Counted from the stretch's first letter, positions 48,201-56,591 are shown. The stretch is DNA of 64,000 bases from Congregibacter sp. (GCF_045107095.1 NZ_JBGCFU010000008.1:967-64966), one strand, 5' to 3'. The notes: generated from the sequence alone by a model not told the origin. Made by a program: numbers and translations.

Positions 48201-48434
48201 GATCCTCTTAACTTCCCAATCCGCCTGAACAACAAGCTAGTCAGTCTGATGCGTATGGTCGCGACAGGCGATGCCGCGCCCACGAGCCAAGCAGTGGCAT
48301 TTAAGGAAGAGATTACCGAAACCATCGAAGCGCAGCTCACAATCCTTGAGGCTGTCTGGGAAGAAGGCGTCCCCGCCCTTAACGAGCAAATAAAAGCGCA
48401 AGGTATGGACATGATCGCGGTGGCTTCGGATTGA
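45234..48434 (+). CDS. BNR/Asp-box beta-propeller (VPS10/sortilin-like) secreted protein, copy 2
   Basis: Same motif order as 20740-23859: GPFRGGR, Asp-boxes, RQRAWYY, HGDNH, GGQQDNS, YRFQW, ATQGRGFW, C-terminal helices. Confidence 0.88.
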   Translation: MPSLHLPWLRARLRSPFLAVASLALATSLSTSPANADIDPDSFAPEIRAMEWREVGPFRGGRSAAVAGLPGDRDKYYFGSTGGGVWMTENGGTSWDNISDGYFGGSIGAVAVSEWDSNVIYVGTGEKTVRGNVSPGDGMWKSMDAGDTWSRIGLEDSQHISRIRIHPTDPDTAYAAVMGHLFGPNEQRGVFRTTDGGANWEKVLFVNDEVGAVDLAMDPSNPRILYASFWRVKRTPYSLESGGEGSGLYKSVDGGDSWTELTRNEGLPRGTIGISGITVSPSNNKNVYAIIEAEDGGVFRSRDGGKTWAKTSENRNLRQRAWYYTRIFADPMDEEAVYVANVRFHFSKDGGKTFSEIDTPHGDNHDLWIDPADPMRMIQSNDGGANVSYDRGETWSTQANQPTVQFYRVATDNDFPYRLLGGQQDNSAVRIRSRSAMGSSIGIRDWEPTAGGESGHIAAKPDDPDVVVGGSYGGLMRLVNHRTGERRALDVWPDNPMGWGAAEVKYRFQWNYPIAFSKHDPDVLFVSANAVFRSDDLGYNWTQISPDLTVNDKSRMGKSGGPITKDDTGVEYYGTVFVLTESHHEAGVLWAGSDDGKVHVTRDGGENWKDVTPSALPDWAMVNSIDIDPFNEGGAYLAATRYKMDDFKPYLFYTDNWGKSWKRISSNIPDDHFTRVVRADTEREGLLFAGTERGAYYSLNNGGSWQPIQLNLPIVPVTDMQVKDGDLIAATQGRGFWIMDDLSTLRQLDKDHAGSVHLYTPRPSYRILSKGWDRSKGPAGTNPEEGVAIYYSLPENLASDASVEMSVYKEGDDSAIWTWSREPGADDEAGAGDEPDTRVLSADAGLNRHVWNLDYPGMERFDGLILWSDMKTGPRAVPGEYRAELMVDGESQSVAFEVIPDPRSSATPEDLAAQFDFVLETRDLLSRMHREIGEIRSFRSQLDALEARLVSEGDSADEPSALLSEILAMGESITGVEEALYQTKNQSRQDPLNFPIRLNNKLVSLMRMVATGDAAPTSQAVAFKEEITETIEAQLTILEAVWEEGVPALNEQIKAQGMDMIAVASD

Positions 48435-48447
48435 ACAAGCCGTTGAA

Positions 48448-48474
48448 GGATGACGCCCTCCCGGGGCGTCATCC
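48448..48474 (+). terminator. Strong hairpin after the VPS10 copy 2 stop (terminator or mRNA stabiliser)
   Basis: GGATGACGCCC-tcccg-GGGCGTCATCC perfect 11-bp stem; no U-tract. Confidence 0.55.
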
Positions 48475-48490
48475 CCTGCCCCTTCAGTCC

Positions 48491-48748
48491 ATGCTGCTCA
48501 TATCCGTGATGGGCAGTATGTTTTCGGGTTCGCTTTTGGCCCAGACAGAGCCGTATAGCTACTACGGTGGCGAGATAAGTACAGAAGAAAAAAACGAAGC
48601 TATAGAAGCTTGCGAATATCAAGTGCTTGTTGAAGAGCAGCGCTGTAATCGCCGAGCCAACAAGTCCGCGTGTATTGAGGAAGTGCATCTCGAATGTCGA
48701 GAGAAATACAGCGACACCGCAGCCAATGAGATACCCGAAGACAATTGA
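48491..48748 (+). CDS. Small secreted Cys-containing hypothetical protein
   Basis: Signal-like MLLISVMGSMFSGSLLA; four Cys (ACE...RCN...ACI...ECR). Start placed at ATG 48491 after the hairpin; the track gives TTG 48431. Confidence 0.55.
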   Translation: MLLISVMGSMFSGSLLAQTEPYSYYGGEISTEEKNEAIEACEYQVLVEEQRCNRRANKSACIEEVHLECREKYSDTAANEIPEDN

Positions 48749-49344
48749 GTCACTACTGGGCACGTTTTAGAACCATCGGCGGAAATCGTTTCCGCTTTGA
48801 TACTCGCATTTATCTGGAAGCCAACCCCAGCCCTGACCCTGGTGATAACGCATTAGGCTGCATCATTGGCAAGAACCCCGGCTCGGCTATCCCGAGCAAA
48901 AGAAGTGTCGAGCTCATGCCTATGGCGCTCTCTGGGGACAAGTTCCTCCCCACAGTGCTTTCTGTGCTTCGGCAATCCTATGCTAAAGCGGGGGAGGCTG
49001 TTCCGTCCGGCGGCTACGTACAGGTCCTGAATCTTTTCTATCTTTGCGATCGTGACCTGAGTCAAGCCAAACGATCGCTTTCAACTGTCAGACGCGCCCC
49101 GCTCTGTGCCGAAGAGCAACAGGACTTTCCATGGGCCTGGTTCGCTTGGGGTGGGCCCGATCGTATTTTGGACCCGTTGAAAAGCAGGTTCTCAAATCTG
49201 GAAAGTTCAAAGTGCTTCTACTATTCAAGGGATCACGCGCGCGTGATATCAAAGCGACCTGGGCCTAAGGACCTCGCAAAACATACTCAGGGCATGCCGC
49301 AGGCCAAGGTTGTTACGCACCTGGCAAAGCTATTAGGTCGCTAG
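48745..49344 (+). CDS. Hypothetical protein resembling DUF1643 / uracil-DNA-glycosylase-like fold
   Basis: CIIGKNPGSA, D..L..V, GY.QVLNLF, W.AWG in the same order as DUF1643 motifs (NPS.A, D.T, NLF, AWG). Confidence 0.5.
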   Translation: MSHYWARFRTIGGNRFRFDTRIYLEANPSPDPGDNALGCIIGKNPGSAIPSKRSVELMPMALSGDKFLPTVLSVLRQSYAKAGEAVPSGGYVQVLNLFYLCDRDLSQAKRSLSTVRRAPLCAEEQQDFPWAWFAWGGPDRILDPLKSRFSNLESSKCFYYSRDHARVISKRPGPKDLAKHTQGMPQAKVVTHLAKLLGR

Positions 49345-49420
49345 CCAGCCAGCGAGGCTTTACCCAGGTGCCTGCACTGTGTAAAAGAAGAAGCTCTGCG
49401 GCAAAAACAGGAATGCGGGC

Positions 49421-50560
49421 ATGATCAATGGTTTTCTATCTAGGCTGATCTGCTGCCTTTTTGCTTTATCGCTGCTCCCGGCTTTTGCCCAGGGGCAAAT
49501 CTCACCCACTATAGACGCCGTATTTTCCGACATTAGTGACGAATCCCCCGGCTGCAGCGTGGGTGCCGCAAAAGACGGCGCATGGATTCATAAAACAGGC
49601 TACGGTCTGGCAAATATGGAGTTGAATGTTCCCCTGGATGGGAGCCAGGTGCACCGCATGGCCTCGGTATCAAAACAGTTCACCGCCATGGCCGTGTTAC
49701 TCCTCGCCGACGAAGGCAAAATCGATCTGGATGCAGACATTCGGAAGTATCTGCCAAAGCTGCGGCCCTACGGCTCAAAGGTAACTATTAATGCGATGCT
49801 GGGACATGTGTCGGGCATGGGTGACTACGATTTGATCGCAGGCTCCTACGAAGGCCCCAAGGCTACCAATGCCATTAGTCTCATGTCGGCAGCGGGCGGA
49901 GAGTTTCGATTGGGAAACGAAGATTACCTGACCATTGACGAGTTCTATGAGGTAGTCGCTCCCCTGCCCTTGGCCCAAAACCCCAACGAAAGCTTTCGTT
50001 ACAGCAACCTCGCTTACTTCCTGTTATCGATGCTGGTAGAGGAGGTTTCCGGTGAGAGCCTTCGTGAATACGCCGAGCGGCGTATCTTTCATCCGCTGGG
50101 AATGGATAGCAGCTTTTTTAGCGATGACCCTGTAGAGATTGTCCGCAACCGCGCGGACGGCTACGCAAAGACTGAAGACGGTGAATACATCACCGACATG
50201 ACCAATCTATTTTGGGTGGGTGATGGAGGATTGCATACAAATTTGGACGATATGTTGACCTGGGATGCACACTTCTACACCCCCAAGCTTGGGCGAGAGC
50301 CTGCACAACTCCTCGCGCTCATGAACACCCCAAACAGCGACCACCTCACGGATGGACGGGTGTATGCCAATGGTCAGAACATCCGTAGGTCGGGAGATGA
50401 CATAATTTTTGAGCACTCGGGAGGCTGGCTGGGTACCAGTACCTATTATGCGCGCGTGCCAGAGAGGCGTCTCTCACTAATGTTGATGTGTAACGATGTC
50501 AGTCTTGATACAAGCGATCTGGCTGCGCAAGCGTTGGAACAGCTTCTCAATATCAAGTAG
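49421..50560 (+). CDS. Secreted beta-lactamase-fold serine hydrolase
   Basis: Signal peptide, ASVSKQFTA (SxxK), YSN..Y, HSGGW.G. Confidence 0.9.
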   Translation: MINGFLSRLICCLFALSLLPAFAQGQISPTIDAVFSDISDESPGCSVGAAKDGAWIHKTGYGLANMELNVPLDGSQVHRMASVSKQFTAMAVLLLADEGKIDLDADIRKYLPKLRPYGSKVTINAMLGHVSGMGDYDLIAGSYEGPKATNAISLMSAAGGEFRLGNEDYLTIDEFYEVVAPLPLAQNPNESFRYSNLAYFLLSMLVEEVSGESLREYAERRIFHPLGMDSSFFSDDPVEIVRNRADGYAKTEDGEYITDMTNLFWVGDGGLHTNLDDMLTWDAHFYTPKLGREPAQLLALMNTPNSDHLTDGRVYANGQNIRRSGDDIIFEHSGGWLGTSTYYARVPERRLSLMLMCNDVSLDTSDLAAQALEQLLNIK

Positions 50561-50572
50561 CCCAAAAGCAAT

Positions 50573-50962
50573 TTACAGATGCTTGCCATCGAGGTAGTAC
50601 CAACGCTGCGCAATCTTTTCGAAGCGGCTTACTTCATGAAGTCGGTGCCCCTTACCCGCTACCTTAAAGCGTGCGACGAACTCAACGGTCGCTTCAGATT
50701 CATGGGGCGCGACCGGCGCTGCCTCCTTGATGCGTAAGCCCAGCCATCGCTGCTCTTCATCAAAACGCACGCGACTAGGTCGGGTTTTGGGATGCCAGGT
50801 GGCTAAGAGATAAGTATCATCACAAGCAACAAAAGCGCTGTAACGAGAACGCATAAGCTGCTCAGCGCTATCCGGTATCGCTGTCCCGTCTAAAAACGGC
50901 TCGCAACAGATAGAAAAAGCCCGACCACTTTTACAGTGGCAGAGCTCTGATTCGATAGCCAA
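50573..50962 (-). CDS. ychJ: YchJ family (SEC-C/UPF0225) protein
   Basis: C.C.SG..F..CC.P, AEQLMRSRYSA, YL..TWHP, VEF.A, E.S.F....RW.Y.DG. Confidence 0.93.
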   Translation of the reverse strand: MAIESELCHCKSGRAFSICCEPFLDGTAIPDSAEQLMRSRYSAFVACDDTYLLATWHPKTRPSRVRFDEEQRWLGLRIKEAAPVAPHESEATVEFVARFKVAGKGHRLHEVSRFEKIAQRWYYLDGKHL

Positions 50963-50989
50963 GCTTAAGCTCGCTCCATGCCAAGACGT

Positions 50990-52234
50990 TTAAAGAGGAT
51001 GGACTCTCACCTGGAGATCACTGATGCCACGCACAAAGTTGGACTTCACACGCTCTGGCTCACCAACCACCTCAACTTTGCTGAAACGCTGCATGATCTC
51101 TTCCCAGAGCACCCGCAGCTGCATTTCTGCCAGGCGGTTACCCATGCAACGGTGAACACCAAAGCCAAATGACATGTGCTTACGAGGATTATCCCGATCA
51201 ATAATGAAGCTGTTGGCGTTTTCAATCGCGGTTTCGTCATGATTGCCAGAGATGTACCACATCACGACTTTTTCGCCTTTGCGAATCGTCTTACCCTGAA
51301 ACTCCACATCCTTATTCGCGGTGCGACGCATGTGCATGAGCGGCGTCTGCCAGCGAATGACTTCTGAAACCATGGAGGGAATCAGGTCGGGATTAGCTCG
51401 GAGCTTGTCGTATTCAGCAGGATTCTGATTGAGAGCCAGGACGCCCGCACTGGCTGAGTTACGCGTAGTGTCATTGCCTCCTATGATCAAAAGTAGAAGA
51501 TTGCCCAAGTACTCCATAGGATCGTCAACCATATTCTCGGTGTTCGGATCGCGCTGGAGCATGCGAATCAGATCCAAGGTCTCAACGCCATCACCTTTAC
51601 GTTCGTGCCAGATACGCGTGAAGGTTTCCAAGCATTCGTGCAGACCCTTCAAACGTTCTTCGGGGTCCACATCCCCTCCGGCAATTTCCGGGGAGCCGGC
51701 ACCTAAGTCTGACCAGTACGTGAGCTTGGACCGCTCCTCAAACGGAAAGTCAAAAAGCGTCGCAAGCATTTGTGTGGTGAGATTGATGGACACACGATCT
51801 ACCCAGTTAAAAGTCTCTCCAACGGGCAGTCCGTCCAGTATTTCCACAACCCGGGAGCGGATTAAGGATTCCATCTCCGCAAGATTTTTAGGCGCGACCA
51901 CACCTTGAACCGCGCGGCGCTGCATGTCGTGCTTGGGAGGATCCATAGAGATGAAATTGGCGATAGGCAGCTCTTCACTGTTATCGCCGATCACAATGGC
52001 CGGCTCCGACGAGAAGTCTTCGAAATTGCTATCTATCGCAACGATATCGTCCCAGCGGGTGATGGACCAAAACGGCCCGAACTGGCTATCTGCCACGTAG
52101 TGAACGGGGTCCTCGTTTCGGAGGCGTTCAAAGTACGGACGCCAGGCATCCTGCTGGTAAATACGTGAATCACTGACGTCGACGTCTTCCAGAGCAAGGG
52201 CACTTGGGTCGGGTAACTGCTGAGCAACATTCAT
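50990..52234 (-). CDS. cyp153: Cytochrome P450, CYP153-like (alkane/fatty-acid omega-hydroxylase)
   Basis: FI.MDPP.HD.QR, NWVD.VSI.LT.QMLATLFDFP.E.R.KL..WSD, LI.GGNDTTRNS, FG.GVHRCMGNRLAE heme loop. Confidence 0.92.
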   Translation of the reverse strand: MNVAQQLPDPSALALEDVDVSDSRIYQQDAWRPYFERLRNEDPVHYVADSQFGPFWSITRWDDIVAIDSNFEDFSSEPAIVIGDNSEELPIANFISMDPPKHDMQRRAVQGVVAPKNLAEMESLIRSRVVEILDGLPVGETFNWVDRVSINLTTQMLATLFDFPFEERSKLTYWSDLGAGSPEIAGGDVDPEERLKGLHECLETFTRIWHERKGDGVETLDLIRMLQRDPNTENMVDDPMEYLGNLLLLIIGGNDTTRNSASAGVLALNQNPAEYDKLRANPDLIPSMVSEVIRWQTPLMHMRRTANKDVEFQGKTIRKGEKVVMWYISGNHDETAIENANSFIIDRDNPRKHMSFGFGVHRCMGNRLAEMQLRVLWEEIMQRFSKVEVVGEPERVKSNFVRGISDLQVRVHPL

Positions 52235-52249
52235 GATTTTTACTCTCGC

Positions 52250-52570
52250 TTACATTTGATATTCGGGAAGTCGAACTACCAAGCCGTCCATGTCCTCGGA
52301 CACATCTATCTGACAGCTTAGCCGGGAGTTCTCTTCGCGGTCAGGGCGCATACCGAGCATCGACTCTTCCAACATCTCCACTTTGCCAGTGGTTGACGAC
52401 CACGGCTCTTCAATAAAGCAATGACAGGTACCGCAAGCACAGGCACCACCGCAGTCGGCATCGATACCAGGGACATCGTTGTCCATGGCATTGAGCATTA
52501 GGGACTTACCGACTTCGGCTTCAATGGTGTGGCTCTCGCCGTTGTGCTCGATGAGGGTGATTTTTGGCAT
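52250..52570 (-). CDS. fdx: 2Fe-2S ferredoxin (putidaredoxin type)
   Basis: DADCGGACACGTCH ... SRLSCQI. Confidence 0.96.
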   Translation of the reverse strand: MPKITLIEHNGESHTIEAEVGKSLMLNAMDNDVPGIDADCGGACACGTCHCFIEEPWSSTTGKVEMLEESMLGMRPDREENSRLSCQIDVSEDMDGLVVRLPEYQM

Positions 52571-52632
52571 AGTTTTATTCTCAATGACGAATTTATGATC
52601 AGCACTGTATCGAATAAGTCGTCCCTTGAAGG

Positions 52633-52667
52633 GTTAATATTTGCCAATAACGAGTTATAATTTGCCA
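52633..52667. promoter_or_regulatory. Tandem direct repeat, probable AraC/XylS operator
   Basis: GTTAATATTTGCCA (52633-52646) and GTTATAATTTGCCA (52654-52667), 12/14 identical, 21-bp period. It abuts a putative fdx -35 (52627-52632), with -10 TACAGT at 52609-52604. Confidence 0.7.
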
Positions 52668-52670
52668 TAA

Positions 52671-53723
52671 ATGAACCAGACACCGATCAACTCCGACGCA
52701 CGGGACTTCCGACTACCCAGTACCTACTCTCGGATCATCGCGCGAGTTGCCAAACTCCCGGAGCGCGACCTCAATAAGCTCTTACTAGGTACAGGACTTC
52801 CCGAAAGCATTCTCATGCCCGGCGACGAAACCTATATATCCGGGTATCAACAACTTCAGATCATGCAAAATGGTCGTGAACTCTTGGGTTCTCCAGACTT
52901 TGGACTGCGCCTCGGGGAGCAACTACACCCCTCAGCACACGGCCCTCTCGGGTACCTCGCCTTATGCAGTCCAGACCTCAGGAGTGCTCTATTTGCGCTG
53001 CGGGACTATCTACCTCTCCGACTTCCCTGGGTCGCCATCGACATCAACGTGTCCCAGGAGAGCATTCACTGCGAACTGCGTTTTCAGATGTCCGTCGACG
53101 ACAATTCTTTTGCGCAAATCACCGTAACTGAATGCTTTGCCATGGTGATGCAATCTTTTGTCGAGGCGGTTTTACGACGCCCCGCGACCGAGGCGATGAT
53201 CAACTTTGCCCATCACGAACCAACTCATGCGCATTGCTATGAGCAGTTTCTCCACGCGCCCTACCGCTTTGAGACTGAGCAAAACAGTTACATTCTTCCG
53301 GGACAGCTTGCCAATGCCGCAAACGCCACCAGTGACAACGCGTCGTTTCGACTCACCCAGCAGCTGTGTAATTCCCTACTGGAGCAAACACCTCGCTCCA
53401 GTAGCTCCATGGCCGACCGAGTGAGAACACTCATGTTGCTTCGACCCATAGAGTCGATCGCCGAGCCAGACATAGCGCAGGCACTGTTTGTATCAAAGCG
53501 CACCTTGGGGAGACGCCTGGAAGCCGAGGGCACGAGCTTCCGACAGCTAAAAGACCAGTTCCTTGCAGAACTGGCGCGGCGCTATCTAATGGAACCTCGG
53601 CAAACTGTGGAAGCCGTAGCAGCATCGCTTGGCTATCACGATGCCGCTGCTTTCAGAAAAGCTTTCAAACGCTGGACCGGGATGACTCCCAAACTTTACC
53701 GACAAACGCCGTCCGCTTTGTGA
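52671..53723 (+). CDS. AraC family regulator (Arabinose_bd_2/OruR type), divergent from fdx-cyp153
   Basis: G..L......HG.LG..A...PDLR.A; C-terminal A..L..S.RTL.R.L..EG.SF ... IA..LGY....AF.KAFKRWTG.TP..YR. Confidence 0.93.
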   Translation: MNQTPINSDARDFRLPSTYSRIIARVAKLPERDLNKLLLGTGLPESILMPGDETYISGYQQLQIMQNGRELLGSPDFGLRLGEQLHPSAHGPLGYLALCSPDLRSALFALRDYLPLRLPWVAIDINVSQESIHCELRFQMSVDDNSFAQITVTECFAMVMQSFVEAVLRRPATEAMINFAHHEPTHAHCYEQFLHAPYRFETEQNSYILPGQLANAANATSDNASFRLTQQLCNSLLEQTPRSSSSMADRVRTLMLLRPIESIAEPDIAQALFVSKRTLGRRLEAEGTSFRQLKDQFLAELARRYLMEPRQTVEAVAASLGYHDAAAFRKAFKRWTGMTPKLYRQTPSAL

Positions 53724-53727
53724 TGGC

Positions 53728-53762
53728 AAGAGCGTTAGGGACTACAAGCCGATAACGCTCTT
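53728..53762. terminator. Hairpin between convergent genes
   Basis: AAGAGCGTTA-15 nt-TAACGCTCTT 10-bp stem. Confidence 0.5.
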
Positions 53763-53776
53763 AACACCGCCACCAC

Positions 53777-56029
53777 TTACAGCTTGATAGGCAAGTCTCT
53801 AACTCGTTGACCTGTTGCGGCGAAAATTGCATTTCCGATCGCCGGCGCCACAGCAATAAATGGTGGCTCTCCCAAGCCCGTGGGAAACTCGTCGCTTTCT
53901 ATGAATTTAATGTCCATCTCCGGAACATCCGCCATACGAAGAGGCGTATAGCTGTCCAAGTTCCGGTCTCTCACCTGCCCATTTTCAAAAGCGGTGCCTT
54001 CGTGGAGCGCAAGGCTAAGACCCCAGAGTGTCGCACCCTCCGCCTGTGCGAGAGCACCGTCCGGATGCACCACGGTGCCGCAATCCAAAGTCTGCCAAAG
54101 CTTTTTCACAGTGACATTCTTGCCGTCGACTGCAACATGCGCGACGCAAGCACTCCAGGTCGGCATTGCTCGCTCCTGACCATGAGCAACCGCGACGCCC
54201 AGGGCTTCTCCCTCGGGAAGCGATGAGCCCCACCCCGAGCGCTGCTGCACATCTTTTAATACGGCTGCCAGACGGGAGGCACCGCCCACCTGCATGGGTG
54301 CACTTCCAGCCTGCCGTCCTACTGCATCAAGTAGGGAAAGACGATAATCCAGAGGATCCATGCCGAGTTTCGCGGCAATTTCATCCATGAAAGATTCAAC
54401 GCCCCAGCCTATCCAACCAGGCCCCACAGAACGCAACCAGCCTGGCAAAAAGGTCTTCTGCGCAAGGGTGTTGTTGATAGCGCGAACACGATGATTATCG
54501 ACGGAATACCAATGATCAGCCCCATTAATCGAGAATCCGTCAAACTTGCCGTTACCATCAACTCCTTCGCCCAAAAACCCGGGGGCCATGGAAAGCGTTG
54601 GCCAGCCAGCCGCTGCTGCGTGATCGATAGCACTGAGGCTTCCGTCCTCTGCGAAGGCGGCATCCAATCGCGCCACCGAGGGTGAACGTGCGCAATCAAA
54701 GAGGCTGTCTACCGGACGAGTCATAATCAGCTTCACGGGCTTACCCAAGGCACGCGCAGCATGGGCCGCGGGAATCATTTGATCGCCAAACAGGCGACGA
54801 CCAAATCCTCCTCCCAGGTAGTAGGTGTGCAGCACGATGTCTTCTTCTTGCATATCCAATGACTGAGCGAGCACCGGAATGATCAATGACTGCCACTGGT
54901 TTCCCGCATGCACATGACACTGACCGTCGCGAAATTCCACAAGGGCGTTCTGCGGCTCCAAAGTGAAGTGGAGTGCCGTACTGGTTCTGTATGTTGCGGA
55001 TAAAGTGTCACTGGCAGACGACATTGCCGAGACCGTGTCTCCAGTGTTTACAAACAGCACGCCGGCTTCAGGGTCGTCAACCAGGCTCTTACCTTCGGAG
55101 AGAATATCGTCCTCAGTAACACTCGCGGTTTCACCCGCGTCCCACTCCACCGCGATCGCCTCTGTCGCCTTCATGGCAGCCGGAAAGCTATCAGCAATTA
55201 CCAGCGCCATTCCCTGAACAAATCCCGAGGAATCTTCAATGGCCATGGTCTGCTGATACCCGGCAATCTCCTTGGCTGCACTATCATCGATGGACTTGAT
55301 GACGCTGCCATACCGGGTTGGCGCCACGATGGGATGGGCATAGACCATTCCCGGCAGCTCTGCATCGAGTCCATATACGGCGGCACCTTTAGACTTTGCT
55401 GGCACATCTAGTGCGGATGTCGCTTTGCCAATAAGCGTTCTCGATGACGCTGGTTTGATTGGCATAGCCGCCAGCTCGTCTTCGCTGAACGTACGGCTTA
55501 TGTCACCGCGGGAAACAATTTCTGCAAAACTCAAAGACTGTCCAGCGCCAGAAACAAGCCCATTCTCAGCGCTCAGTCCCGACGCATCGACGCCCAACAA
55601 CTTTGCTGCCGCATCTATAAGCACCGTGCGCCCAGCTGCTCCCGCCCGTGAGAGCATTTCAAAACTTGTCACTACCGACCAGGAACCACCGGTCACCATG
55701 TAGCCCCATTTCGGATCAGTATCCACATGGGCCAGGCTCACGCTTTCCCAGTCTGCGCCCAGCTCGTCGGCAACAATGCGCGCAAGGGCCGTGCCCACGT
55801 GCTGCCCCATTTCCGCCTTGGCGATGTTCACCAGAACCTCACCCGCTTCGCTGATCTCAAACCAAACAGCGGGCGAAAACATCCGGCTACCGCCAGTCGC
55901 GGCAATTTCGCTAACCGCCTCTTCTTTTGAACAACCGGGCAACACGACACCCAGTCCCATCATCAAGCCCGTGCCTAGGCTACCCGCCAGAAAGCTGCGG
56001 CGGCTCACGCCTGTTTTGAGATTTTTCAT
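53777..56029 (-). CDS. Molybdopterin (xanthine dehydrogenase family) large subunit, IorB/aldehyde-oxidoreductase type; Tat lipoprotein
   Basis: Tat SRRSFL plus lipobox LPGC; K.EMGQ.V.TAL, YLGGGFGRR, WLRSV, A..EG, GLGEP. Confidence 0.92.
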   Translation of the reverse strand: MKNLKTGVSRRSFLAGSLGTGLMMGLGVVLPGCSKEEAVSEIAATGGSRMFSPAVWFEISEAGEVLVNIAKAEMGQHVGTALARIVADELGADWESVSLAHVDTDPKWGYMVTGGSWSVVTSFEMLSRAGAAGRTVLIDAAAKLLGVDASGLSAENGLVSGAGQSLSFAEIVSRGDISRTFSEDELAAMPIKPASSRTLIGKATSALDVPAKSKGAAVYGLDAELPGMVYAHPIVAPTRYGSVIKSIDDSAAKEIAGYQQTMAIEDSSGFVQGMALVIADSFPAAMKATEAIAVEWDAGETASVTEDDILSEGKSLVDDPEAGVLFVNTGDTVSAMSSASDTLSATYRTSTALHFTLEPQNALVEFRDGQCHVHAGNQWQSLIIPVLAQSLDMQEEDIVLHTYYLGGGFGRRLFGDQMIPAAHAARALGKPVKLIMTRPVDSLFDCARSPSVARLDAAFAEDGSLSAIDHAAAAGWPTLSMAPGFLGEGVDGNGKFDGFSINGADHWYSVDNHRVRAINNTLAQKTFLPGWLRSVGPGWIGWGVESFMDEIAAKLGMDPLDYRLSLLDAVGRQAGSAPMQVGGASRLAAVLKDVQQRSGWGSSLPEGEALGVAVAHGQERAMPTWSACVAHVAVDGKNVTVKKLWQTLDCGTVVHPDGALAQAEGATLWGLSLALHEGTAFENGQVRDRNLDSYTPLRMADVPEMDIKFIESDEFPTGLGEPPFIAVAPAIGNAIFAATGQRVRDLPIKL

Positions 56030-56487
56030 GAGTTCATCTCCCCGTCCGCAGCAGACTTAATGGCCTTGCGTATCCGTGTATAAGACATGCAGCGACAAAG
56101 ATTGCCGGTCATTGCCTGAGTAATCTCGGCTTCCGTTGGATTAGGGTTGTCTTTCAAAAACGCTTCTGCGGTGACGATCTGTCCCGACTGACAGTATCCG
56201 CACTGCGGCACCTGAGCTTCGACCCAAGCCTCCTGAAGCGCCGTACCCTCGGGACTCGCGAGACCTTCAATCGTCGTGATCTCAGCCCCGGCCACCGCAC
56301 TAACGGGCAGCACACATGAGCGCACAGGCACGCCGTCACGCTGGACAGTGCACGCACCACATTGAGCGATACCACAGCCAAACTTGGTCCCCTTAAGCTT
56401 CTGCTCATCGCGAATCACCCACAGTAAAGGCGTGTCATCGGGAGATTCGGTAGATACTTGCTTACCGTTGAGCCTGAATTCGATCAT
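56026..56487 (-). CDS. (2Fe-2S)-binding small subunit, IorA type
   Basis: GTKFGCG..QCGACTV, QCGYCQSGQ, GNLCRC; likely ATG 56487. Confidence 0.95.
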   Translation of the reverse strand: MIEFRLNGKQVSTESPDDTPLLWVIRDEQKLKGTKFGCGIAQCGACTVQRDGVPVRSCVLPVSAVAGAEITTIEGLASPEGTALQEAWVEAQVPQCGYCQSGQIVTAEAFLKDNPNPTEAEITQAMTGNLCRCMSYTRIRKAIKSAADGEMNS

Positions 56488-56591
56488 GGGTATTCCTCCG
56501 TACTTTTGTTTAAGCATAGCGTATTGTCATCAGGCCCGTCGTAATTCTAAACGTCACATCAGCAATAAATTTGGAGCCCCCAGGAAGCACC

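Noticed and set aside
41872-50560. Two SxxK proteins as antibiotic-resistance beta-lactamases
   Set aside because: They have the generic serine-hydrolase motifs but not the AmpC-specific context (KTG triad, ampR); the family is mostly peptidases and esterases.
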